Assembly: GCA_030141605.1 (NCBI GenBank)
Contig: JAQGDQ010000044.1
Coordinates: 434,001 to 498,000, forward strand
Length of the DNA stretch: 64,000 bases
Direction: 5' to 3'
Origin: Tubiluchus corallicola
Taxonomy: Eukaryota; Animalia; Priapulida
The notes under the pieces are model-generated. The model saw nothing but the letters and a program-made list of their open reading frames with translations. It was not told the DNA's origin and did no database searches. A program made the position numbers and the translations under genes. Of this stretch, positions 1 through 12,700 are shown in pieces (position 1 is the first letter of the stretch; each line of letters starts with the position of its first letter).

Positions 1-590
1 CGCATGCAGACACTCAGATACGTAAACGGAGACAAGCTGAATTTCAGCTACCGATGTATTAATAAACCTGTCATAAAGACGACATTTCCATGATAATATT
101 ATTAATCACACATTATTATATTACACCTTATACATCATTATTAATATTACCAATTTATATCACATAAAACATACAATTTACAAGGCCAACAGGATGTTAG
201 TAAAGTAACATATCTACAGAAATTTAACTTTGTAATATCCACTCATTTCAGTACTTTTGTAATTATATTACAATATACAGTGTTGCAAGAATCTATAGCA
301 GGTATCTTAAAACATAACCTTTAAATGAGTTCTTTACCTTTAACCTTATATATTCATTTAGATCTACAGCACAACCATATTTTAATCTTAAATTTACTTG
401 ACCTACTATTTTCGTAGTAGCATAGCTTTGGAATTCCAGACGTGCTAGACTGCAATTTTTCTCAAAAAATTAAATTTACTGCTATAATATTATTATAAAT
501 ACTAAAATATGTTAATACATACTAAAAAAATCTGTTTAGATTCAATAATTTAAGGCATATAACTAATTCATCGGTATAACTTCAACTTAC

Positions 591-793
591 GTCTGCACGG
601 TTGTCTGTTGCCACGTCTGAAGTACCCTGGCTGACACAGGCAGATAGAACTTCCACCGATGCCCGTCGCGCGGCACATCTCGTTGTTGGTAAGGTCACAG
701 TCAGCATCCGAGTCACAGAACTGAGGCAGTTCTGGTTTGTCGGGCTTCGTGAATTCGCTGTCGCAACGATCGCCCATCCAACCATCAGAACAT
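591..793 (-). CDS. Exon: EGF C-half + EB-like module (gene continues beyond window start)
   Basis: 203 nt, phase 2-1, gtaagt donor; CSDGWMGDRC...CDSDADCDLTNNEMCRATGIGGSSICLCQPGYFRRGNRQPCR. Confidence 0.9.
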
Positions 794-3700
794 CTGTAAG
801 AAAACCACAGACTCGTAAAAAGCAAGAAAACTTCACAAAAAGAAACAGGGTCTCAATGTGTCTTCAAAACAACCATCTGTTGACCATTTGATGGCCTTTG
901 GAGAACTTTGGAACTGTGACGTGTTCACGTAAAGGGTGTTAGAAATGGTAGACCCGTCACACCTAAACTTATCACCATTGAATATAAACAGGTTTCTTAA
1001 TATTTTAATAATTACATTAATCTTATTAAGTATGTTTTTCTAATTTTTCTCTTCAGGAATTAAAAACTAACAAAGTTCTAGAAGAAATATGTCAAGGCAC
1101 CAGTCTCTTTGAAAAACCCCTGCAATTCTAACCTCATCAAGGCTGTAAATGGTGGTAATCAGATATCAAATACAACCTATTTTTTCAAACTCAAAGGTTC
1201 TGTCTTGAAATTCTGTCAGTTTTTATTTATTCCTTCGGTTTCTTCTGTAAAGGGAAAATTCCTTTATTTCTTGATGCTCTGTATACAAAAGCTGGAAGAG
1301 TTGGTAAAGGGTATTTCAGCATCTAAAGTTTTGCAACCAGTATTTCAGTGAAATAACTTTGCTACATATAGTACAACGTTTATGCTACTTTCATTACAGC
1401 AGTAAATCTGTGTGATGTTAATGCTTAGTATATAATACTTGTAAGCTGTAACTAGTCTACAATCATTACCTGCATGCTGGTGCACCATTAGCATTGATGT
1501 AGCATTCGCCATTGTCATTGCAGTATTCAGCAGGACAATCTAAAAAAAAATATATTCATCATCACTTCATAAAACGCTTAATCATAATGGCAAGTCTCGA
1601 ATCAGATCTAGATTAAATGAGATTAAGTACTTGTAAATTACTAAAGAAGAATTGCTGAGGAAATCTGAGTGTGGCAACAAAGAGATTCACTATTTCAGGT
1701 GAACCTCAAGTAAATTTGTCCTAATGGAATGAGACTTGAATTTACGAAACAATCAGAAAAGTAGGCAATTAATCTTACAAGCACAGAGTCGACCAGGTGT
1801 ATCATCATCCAAATCAATGAAACCATCATTACAAGTACAGGTGTATGTTCCAGGTAGATTAACACACACGGCGTTCTCATTACAGTCATTCATTGCATCG
1901 TCCAGGCATTCGTTAGTATCTAATAAAGAAGAGGACATTATTGGAACAGTTACTATTTATTAGATAGCCTATGCCATGTAGGCATTTAACTAGCACACCA
2001 CAAACAAAGTATAAAATGGAAAGTACATAAGTAAACATGTGAATGAACAAATAAACAAAATATAAACAAGCAAAAAAAAAACAATAAAATACAAAAAACA
2101 AACAAAATAAGCAAACAACTAAATAACCAAAGATACATATAAACAAACAAGGGAAAAATAACCATAAAACAACAAACAGACAACAACAACAAACAAATAA
2201 ACAAAAAAGGCCAGAAAATAAAGAAACGAACACAAAACAAACAAAAGAGCAACAAAATAAACAAATGAAGGAAAAACAAAGAAACAACATACACTAAGTG
2301 AATAGCAAATACCTTACCCTGGAAGTTAATACGGAAGTCGTTTCTGTCCACATACAAATCAGTAGAACCGACGCTGTAGTTACTGACAATGATGGAGCGC
2401 CATAGTCGATCTACAACTGTCGTTACGTTGCCACGGAAATTCGACCGCACGCCAACGATGACAGGGAAGACGACACCGGCAGTGGAGTTGACAACGCTCG
2501 GTGGCAAAATGTCGACAACTCGTGATCCGAGATAGCTTGCCGCAATATCGGTCGTACCGTATGCGTTGTTGACCTAAGAAATGAAAAGATTATGAGAAAA
2601 TTTAAGTGATTATAATGTCAGGAAGCATTAAGCAACTTGTTTTGCAAAAAACAACCACCAATGATGCTAACGTAACCAGACAGATACATACTAAAATAAG
2701 ACTATAACTTATAATGTGAATAGTGAAATTTATGAAGTTAACAACTGCTCACATTACCAGATTAATAAAACAGCAAATTTCTTGAGAAAGACAAAAAAGC
2801 TGAGCCAATTCGGATTTGAACCAGAGACTGTCAGATTGAAACTCACCGACTTTAAGTACTGAGGTATAGGATCACACGGATATCCCATTCTCTTAGGCTA
2901 ATACTACCTTTTGTGAGAAATAGCTAAAACTAGCTAATAATTAGTCTCATAATTCATTTTCTCAGGTTGATGGGATAATTAATTTTTGCTTTTGGTTTAT
3001 AGATTTTTGCAATTGCTGTCAATTGCTTTTTTACCTTTTATCTTTTAACGAACACTGAAAGCATTTCACTATAATCACCAACATTAAATCACTTTAGTCA
3101 ATTTTGCCTTTTGGCGCTTAGAGAGCCAGCACACGAATTTTGAAATACATACCCCTTTCTCAGCAGTCAGAGTCAAATCTTGGTAGTCGAAGGACTGCTT
3201 GTTTTGGTAACTGTCAATATAAGTGAGTGGCACCACGTCCCGTCTGATGACACGCACAAGTATCGTGTAGATTCTTGAAGCTAGAACAGTAAAAGACGAC
3301 ATTGAAGATAGCAAACAACTGTGGCTTGTTGTTACATCCCTGGTATAAAAGTGGAAAAAGTCAATTTTGGTGTAAAATTATAATGGTTATAAAACATTTG
3401 ACAATTTAGTGCGGAAAACTAGGAATTTACAAACTTGGCAGAATTACATTACAAGACAGTGACAAAAAACAGCATGGCAAAGTTAATTATTGACCAAAGT
3501 TAAAAAAAATGCAAATTTAAAGTTTAATTCTGCAACATTTAAAACTAAAAACCCTCAAAAAGTCCACCAATAATTGGGACTATGCTTAACAAAAAACTGT
3601 ATGTTCTTCTTAAACTGATGTACCTAATTTTTTGCTTTTAATTAAAAATTGATTTCATTTTATCTCTCTTGATTAGTCAAACAGACATTTAATTCGTCCA

Positions 3701-6700
3701 TTCTTTTGCACGTCTCCCTAAATTTAGGCAAATAATCAACAACAAATTAGCAAGAAACCTTTCAAGTTGAAACCCAGAATAACGTGTCAGTTTTACATCA
3801 AAAGTTTGATCAGTTTAGTAAATGAATTAATGAATTAGTAAAATGAATTAAAATCACACAAGCTGATTCCACATTGAAATAAATTCTTTTCACTTGATAC
3901 CACGTGGTTTTGGGAACTGCAAGAAACTACGCAAGTGAAATTGTTATGAAAGTCAAGCATTAAGCATTAATAAAGGCACTTACATCTGCACTGAGCCCCA
4001 GCATCACGCCGGAACATTCCCGGTCCACAAACGCAAATGTTCTGACCACGAACCGACGCACATATCTCATTGTTTCTAGCACTGCATTGTCTGTCACTGT
4101 TGCATCGCACGCCGATTGGTTCGGGCGGGGCTCGCTGGCCGCACCGGCGACCTCTCCACCCTCGATCACATCTAGATGGTCAAAAAGATTTGTGATGAGA
4201 ACAAATCGTAAACCACTGTGGTCATTTCAGTTTCATAAAATATGGAAAAATAACAACATAAAAGAGAAATTGCGAAATAGTGGCATTAGACTCCAGTTTG
4301 CAAAGTTAAACATTGTTTGCCCTGTCAAATTCTAATTTAATTGCCCTACAGATACTACTGGTATGTGATACAGAAACCACGCTGGTACAGAAAAAAGTTA
4401 TTGAAGTGGGGAATGTTTTAATGACGAATGTTTCATGTCCAAAAAAAGGTAACATCTTTGTAGGTGGAGTGAGTTTCAACAATCTAAACCAAAAGTGAAA
4501 TACTCCTAGAAAAGATAACTACACTGAGGGTTTTTGTGCAATCTCTACAAAAGCCTAAGTTGAATTTACACTGTCAATCACAGACACTATTTTAATGATT
4601 TTCCCAAATCAACAAGAGAGATACCATAAATACATGGACGATAAGGATATACTGCTCAACGAGTCAAGTGGTTCTATACGCTACATGAAAGAAATCTGCT
4701 CCATATCACCAACCAACCAGAACAGAAGCAAATTATCAAGAAATTTATCGTCCAAATCACTCTAAAGTCGGTGTCTGTCAGACAGTGGGTGAGAGACTAC
4801 CGTAAGAATGTGAAATATGAATATGGGTCCAGAACATAGAATGATTGTAACTTCATTCAACTACGATATATTCAGTTTTCCCAAATTCAAAAGCCCAAGT
4901 TTAATTTAAACACATAATAGTAAGTTTCAATCTGAGAGCACGTTCACATTGCCAGGATGCCATACAGGGCATGTTCACACTAAAAGAATACCATACAGAG
5001 CACGTCCACGCTATCAGAATGCCATAAAGAGCATATTCACACTACCAGAATGCCATACAGAGCACGTTCACACTATCAGCATGTCATACAGAGCTTGTTC
5101 ACACTAGTAGAATGCCATACAGAGCACGTTCACACTATCAGGATGCCATACAGAGCATGTACACACTACCAGAATGTCATACAGAGCACATTCACACTAA
5201 AAAGGTGCCATACCTGCACTGCTGCCGTTCTCGCGAATTGATGAAACATGTTCCGTGTCGATTGCAATACGATTCAGGACAAGCTAAAGGACAACACAAA
5301 CAAAAACGTAAATGTTAACGTAAAAAACATTTCTTTCCAAGTCAAAAAGACCAAAGACATTTTAGCAAGGAAAATTATTCTTCCTGAACCACCGTTAAAT
5401 TATTAATTATTCACAGTAGAAGGTCTACCGGTTTTCCGGAAGTTTTCAAGTAAGGTTGTATTTCCTTGACAAGAAAAAGTAAAGCAGTTATGTTTAAAAA
5501 AATTAAATAAGCAGAAATTATACATATTAAAGTAATATTCAGAACATTCAGATATTTTATAAACAAAGTGTCCTCACATATGATGAGTGCTAATAACTTA
5601 GTGTTATTTCAACAATAAAAATTAAAAAATGCATCATATAGCAACCTTATTTCTTTAAGCCTTTATTTTTCTGGAAATTTGCATTGTAATTTCAAAGTGA
5701 ACAATCTCACATATACTTACAGACGCAAACTCTTCCAGGAGCCAGACTGCGCCGCCTAGAGATATCCGCGTAACCGGATTTGCACCGGCACTCGTATGAG
5801 CCCATTGTATTCACACAGTTGGCATTGCGGTGGCAGGAGTTGAGAGATGGATGAGCACATTCATTCCAGTCTATAAACAAAATTAAGAAACACATTAAAA
5901 TAGGAATGTAACAATTTTTTTGCAACTCATCAGAAGGATAGGGATAAGTATCGAATGTTCGAGTTTTTTAGATCAATTTCAGTTCGTTTTCATTATCATT
6001 TTCAGCCTAAAATTATAGATTTGAAAAAATTCAGCACTTCAACTGCAAATATTCTTGATTATTAAAACATTTGAAATGCTATGCCAATTTAGTTGTGATT
6101 TCTAAGCAGAATTTTTAAATAAATTGTAAGTATTTTTAGTGCAGGAGAAAAAACAAGTTATACACATGATCTTTGCGAAACTGCATTTTATTAGTGATTC
6201 AAAAATTCAACCAAAAATCTTTAAAACTGAATGCGAATTCGGTTCGAACGTCGAACGCTGAAATTGGGTTCAATTCGAATTCAAAAGTCACAAATTCGAT
6301 TTGCTTCGAATTCACTTTTTTGGTAGAGAACGCTCACCCCTGTAGAAGGGGTTACATTGCAGAAACAAGACATATAGATGTAGTGTCTACACATATTAGA
6401 CGTTACATGTAGGTGCTAGACCAGAACCAACATTAACGATAATGTTCTAAGATGAAACACTGAACGTGTAAAAGCATCTTGGATACGTTCAGAATAAAAT
6501 CTTAACCTTAACGAGCTAAACAGATGAAATCCAGTGTGGAAAATGAAGCCTCGCAGTACGAACCGAACCCAGAGGACACTCATCCATTCACTGACCAACC
6601 TCAATGTTGCTTAACTGCAGTCACCAAGCACATATCATGACTACATGACCAGAAAATAACAACAGCAATTTACTACTGTTTGATATTCTAATTACCAGCA

Positions 6701-9700
6701 ACAAATTTCACCTGGTTGTTCTCTCTTCTGCAGTAAAATAGTGACCATGCTACATTTGCAAATGTAAGATGAACACATGCAAAGTGTGAGTTACCATGTG
6801 AATGCTATGTTACGTATGTATGTAAAGATGTATGCTAGCAGCTAGAACTAATACTCTTCTAGGAAATCATCAGTCACTGTAGTTAAGATGTCAAAATTTT
6901 GTTCTTTAAGACTTACTGTACAAGCATTTATGGGGCGGCCTTGTGGAGAAAGTTCTTTTGCATACATCCTTAGTGAATCTAAAGTCGCTTATAACAAATG
7001 TATAAGGAAATTGTTTTCTCTGCCTTATCATTGCAGTGCAAGGGAAATGACAGTAAATCTTGCTATCCCTTATTTTAATGTGTTGCTAAGGAGACATTCA
7101 CTTTCCTTAAAATCGTGCCTTGAAATGTGCGGTAGTACCTTTGTAAGATGCTTCAGGCTTTCTAACCCTCTAAACGTTACAGCAGATGGAGGAACACATT
7201 ATATGTATAATTCTTGTACATCAGAACTCTCTCAGACGTACTTAAATGTACAGAACTGTGTTATGCTTCATCTATGTACATGATTTCTTTAATTTATTAA
7301 TTAGTTTTATCTACGAACTCTCATTTATCTTTTATCATTTACTTTGAGCAACTAACTGTATGGATGCTTTCATGTCTAAAATAAATTAAAGTGAAAAAGA
7401 AATTGAAACTGAAATACTTGAAATACATACCTAGTATCTGCAGCTGGAAGTTCACGTTGTTCACATACAAGTCCGTTCCACCAATGCTGTAGTTAGTCGC
7501 AATTACGGACTGTGCAAAATCACTTGCAACATCTTCCGCACTGCCCGGGTAGGCTCGATCGACTGCAACCACGGTATTGAAAATGACGCCATCCGGAGAC
7601 TCGGGCGTAATGGTAACCGGGTCCACGAGATCAACTACTCTTGAACCAACATAGTACGGGGCGATGTTTGCAGTAAGATCAAAAGCATTGTCAACCTACA
7701 TTAGAACAAATAAACTTAGTGAACGGAACACAAAAAAATCTGCTAGTTCCAAACTAACCGCAAATGTCCGAGAGAATTTGTTAAACATTACATTTTCATT
7801 AACTTCCACAAGAAAACACTTTTCATAAATAAAGCTTAAAAAGTTTGTCTTGAAATTTTGCATCACTTACATACTATCTTCTTGTAATGCTGTATAAAAC
7901 TTGTAAATTTAAACTTCCATGATGACCGTTAAACCGGCCATTTTGAGGGTAAGCCGTTTAGAATAAGTTTAGATAACAGCTTGAAAAAACAATCATTGTC
8001 AGAGCAATCGTAGCACACTTTTCACTATCAATCATGTGTTTTCTTGGTGAATGAGCGATGCAAACTGGAATACCGATGCAGTGCCATTTTACCAGATGAC
8101 ATGAATATTTTAAATTGTTAAGGATTTTCTTTTCTAATTACTTAAGTCTTTCAAACAGGTAAGCATAATGCAAAGCAACATAACTTTATATGGACGGTTT
8201 TTCGGGACATATATTAAAATAGCCTATTCTTCCTCTTTAAGCATTTTTTGGTGTGCTTAGCAACAAAAAACCGGTGCTAATTGTTTGCAGTAGCAGGAGC
8301 AGTAGCTAGAACAGTAAACTAACATTTGTGTTTGTTTTAACTCAAGAGGGCTGATTTAGCAACATTTACTACCAATTACAGGTAGCTAGCTACTTTCTTC
8401 TAGTGGCACAAAATTCTTCGCAGGCAGTACTTAGCGTATAATGCACAGCTTAGCAACTGTTACAATAGCAAGCTAAGTAATGTGCTTATTATTCTGCCTA
8501 TCTGCTGCTAGTGAATGTAAATTTCTTCCACGTGGCACTAAACTAAATGTTATTCAGTTTAGCAACACATACTATAGCACATTACCATTTTAATTTTCCA
8601 CTTTCACATTAAACCTACAGAAACTACGTGAACTACGTACCCCTGTAGTACCAGTTGTTGTTAGATCGTAATACTCGTACGTAGTCTTATCAGCAAAGAT
8701 TGGCCTGTAGTTCAGTGGTACTAGATCACGTCTGACCACTTTTACCATGATGACGAACACCAAGGCAGCTAAAGCATAGAAAAAACAGTCAGTTTCAAAG
8801 CACTGAAAACCCAATGGAAAAAAGGAAAACATCTGGAAATGGACACTAAGGCTTTTTTTACCCAGAGACTTTATTCAAAGATTGTAAAACAAAACCAATA
8901 GAAAATAATGTTATTTCAACATGATACCTAAGTATATGTTGGCCATGGGCTTGCCATAAAATTAAGCCATTCTATAAAAATTTTATAAGATTAATGTTAA
9001 TTAAAATGTTTTTTGCAAACTGGCGAACATAAAGAAATAATAACAGCAAATTTACTACAGTTTAGTATTGTAATCATAAACTACAAATTTTATTATGCAG
9101 ATCAATAAACGAAAAAAAAATATTTGATTTTATCTCCCTTGAAGATCAGGCAGAATTGACAAAAAACATCTTACGCCTGCATTGTCCGAAGTTATCTCTG
9201 CGGAAGTAACCAGGCGCACAGATGCAGGCTGGGTAACCTCGCACGGTACCGCAGACCTCGTTGTTGCCCGTGTTACATTCACTATGAGCCGTACAGGCCG
9301 GGCTGGGACGAGGAACAATGCGGTCGGAACAGTCCGGGCCAGTCCATCCTGCTTCGCAACTATCAAATTAAAAACAAACCAAGCATTAGTTGATAATGAC
9401 GACAACAACAACAGCAACAGAAATAACAACAATAATAAAGCAATATCGTGATTTGTATCTTGTTGCAGGGCTTGATAATTCTACCTGACAAATCAAATTG
9501 TTTTTTATTCTTAGTCTTACAAATTAAACTGATTTGGTTTTATTATTTCTAATAATCTCAGGAAACAGACTAAAGTTTAGAAATTGATTAGAAAAATTCA
9601 AAAATTCAGAGAAATATTAATTCTCTATTTATGAATCATTATTAATAATCTGCGGTCCCTTACTGATTTTATCTAAATCCTGCATTTGAAGCTGCATTAG

Positions 9701-12700
9701 TTAAATGTATAAATCACATTAGAATTTACAAAAAAAATCATTACAATAGATTCAAATGCAACTTGCATGAATTTCACAATTTCTTATGAATTTTACAATT
9801 AAAATCAAATTCCTCTACCAGGATAAGCTAACATTTTAAAGATATACTAAATGAAAATTTTGTATATTAAGCAAAAGAAAACAGTATTTGATAGACGTAG
9901 TTGTAAGCTCAAAAATATAGCACGAGACTTACCTACAGTATCTTTCACCATCATTGTTGATTCGACATTGACCATGATTATTACAGAGCACAGCCGGACA
10001 TGCTGAAACAATAGAACAGCAAGATTAAATCTCTGTATTACAAACATCTGCCAAGACTTGTGACAATTGTGACCTTCACAACGAAACATTATTTATTTGA
10101 CCTCTGCCCTCCTTCTGTTCTTGAAACTAATGCCTGACTCACAATGAAGAAACACACAGCTCCAAGCCAAACACAGATTACAGCCCGTCACATAAAGGAA
10201 GGGCACAGCCCAGGCCAAGTACAAACCATGGCCCTTTATAAAATGCACAAAGTTGAAATTGCACATTCATTTTAAAAGAGTTTTTGAAAATTTTGTAAAT
10301 CTTTCAAATTTTAATTTATTGGGAAAATGAACAGAACCATACTCAAGGTTTCGGCTGTCTAAATCAGAACCCTCAGAAAATGCACTGCACGAGAGGCAAA
10401 AGTTGCATGGTTTTGATTAGTCCGTACCTAACGTGTATTCATAACCTAACCTACATAGCCATAACTACAAATATTCCCAGTATTTCATAAATACTGATGG
10501 TAATGGCAAACAAATTCAAATTTCACTTACGTTCACACACGCGACCAACTGGCATTCCATAGCGCAGTGACGTGTCTGCGTACTCTGGATGACAGACACA
10601 CGAGAATGACCCCTCGGTATTTATGCAATCAGCGTTATCGTCGCAGTCATTGAGTTCTTCACGTGCACATTCGTCAATGTCTATAACCAAAATAAAAAGT
10701 GGAAATAAAACTTTAATTTTTCAAATTGATTCCTTGTACAACACACATACTGTACTCCAGAATCCAGCATTGAATGGCAGGTCCTACCAAATGTGGATGT
10801 TTGTGGCAAGACCAAAATCTGGCTCATTATCAAGGCTAGTACCTAAGATGAGTTACTGAACCAGCAGAGGCATCTCAGATACCTGAAGATATTAGTACTT
10901 GCCTGAATATGTAATAGTAAACGTAAGCGGATCTACATAAAGATCAGTTCCCCCAACGCTGTAGTTAGTGGATGTGATGGACTCGACCAATATCTCTGCT
11001 ACATCGCGCACGTCTCCCTTGTACTCTCCATCAACAGCAACGGTGACATTGAAGACCACGCCGCGATCACCCACGCCAATTGGGACTGGATCGACTATGT
11101 CCGTAACGGTCGAACCCACGTAGTTGGGACGCAAGCCGGTGATGTCAAATGCACTATTAACCTACACAAAACAACACAATGAAAATACACACTAACAAAC
11201 TGCTAATGTTTCTTTTAGACACAGTTTAATACCCTGTAAACTGGAAACTAGCACTTAAAGACTGAGCCTGCTCAATGTAGATGGTTGTAGAAGGGCTAGA
11301 ACCTAGATCACTATCATGACAGTGCTTCTAAGTTGAGACAGTAAACTGGCAGAATGGTATCAACCACCTTCATATTCCCTTTAACAAGTAAACAGCCTGA
11401 ACTTGCCAGACATCCTACTACTCATCACTGTATATTTAGAGAGACAAATTAGCTTTATAACTCACCCCAGTCTGTGCTCTATTGGTGAGCTCGTAGTACT
11501 CGTACGTAGTATCATCAGCTAGTGTTGATGTAAAGTCTAGAGGGATAAGGTCTCTGCGTACGACTTTCAATAGCAGAACATATATCTTGCTTCCTGAAAT
11601 TGCAACAAGATCATAATTTTTTTTATTTCTAATCACAAGAAAAATCAAAGAAAGCAAATCAAATACAAAATTTAAAATATGTACTAACTGCGAAAATTTA
11701 TAATTATTTACTGTGTCAAATGCTATGCTAAATTTAATAATTTCAACATTGCATCAATCAGAAGTTTACCAATACAAGATCTATCTGCATATAGCATTAC
11801 TATATCTATTTCGATAGTTCCACAGCTGGATCATTATTTCAAGTTCCTTTTACATGGCACAGAAAATACAAAACTTTAAGAAGTTTCCATTTTGAATCAG
11901 CACAAATCAATAAATTAATGCTTCAATAATAAAGCAACAAGCTTAGAGCAATATGGCAGATCTTCAAATCCACTCACCTCTGCAAGCTGCCCCAGGTTGT
12001 CTTCGATAATAACCAGGTCTACAGACGCAGTATGTTCTGTCTTCAACACCAGCGACTGTGCCACATATTTCATTGTTGGTGGCGCTGCAATCGCTGTTGC
12101 GATCACAAATACTTTCAGGTCTTGGCGGAATTCGCCGGCGATCACACAGTTGACCCGTCCAACCAGGGTAGCAGCTGTAAATAGAAAAATAAATTCTTAA
12201 ATTGCAAAAGATTTTTGAAAAATATATTTTTCTTTTCAATGTGAACGGCTACCATTTTACATGGTATGTAAAAATTTCTTATTAGGTAAAACATGGAAAA
12301 TAGATACTGCACATTTGATTCCCCTTACTTCAACTACAAAATGTTAATTTGTTAAAAGATGTAAAAACTCTAGTTTATTAAGTAAACAACATGTTAGGTG
12401 GCAGCATAAATGAGCAAGAAAATACAAGTTACTTACACGCAGTAGCGCTGACCGGTACGATCTATCATACACTCGCCATTCATACTGCAGCGGTTTGGTG
12501 GACAATCTGTAGAAAAATAATCAGTAAAAAATAAGCTTGTCTTCATGTGAATATGAGGGGGAATGAAAAATAATGAAATTCAGTAAAATAATTTTTGCTA
12601 AGGAGGTGTCTAGTATTTGTAAACGATTTTTCAAAGTGGCGAGTTTGTGGTTAACAGGTAAACAATTTCCTGTAAATTATTTTAGGAAATGGATTTATAA

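Noticed and set aside
1-590. Next SEA exon of cassette 6
   Set aside because: Candidate acceptors near 37, 48 and 450 give stops or no SEA-like sequence; the exon is presumably outside the window.
1913-2290. Hydrophobic multi-TM-looking ORF as the mucin's membrane anchor
   Set aside because: (TTTG)n low-complexity intron lying between two well-defined exons.
4935-5213. CRISPR-like array (also considered for 45804-46089)
   Set aside because: Head-to-tail degenerate units without unique spacers, eukaryotic context, no cas genes.
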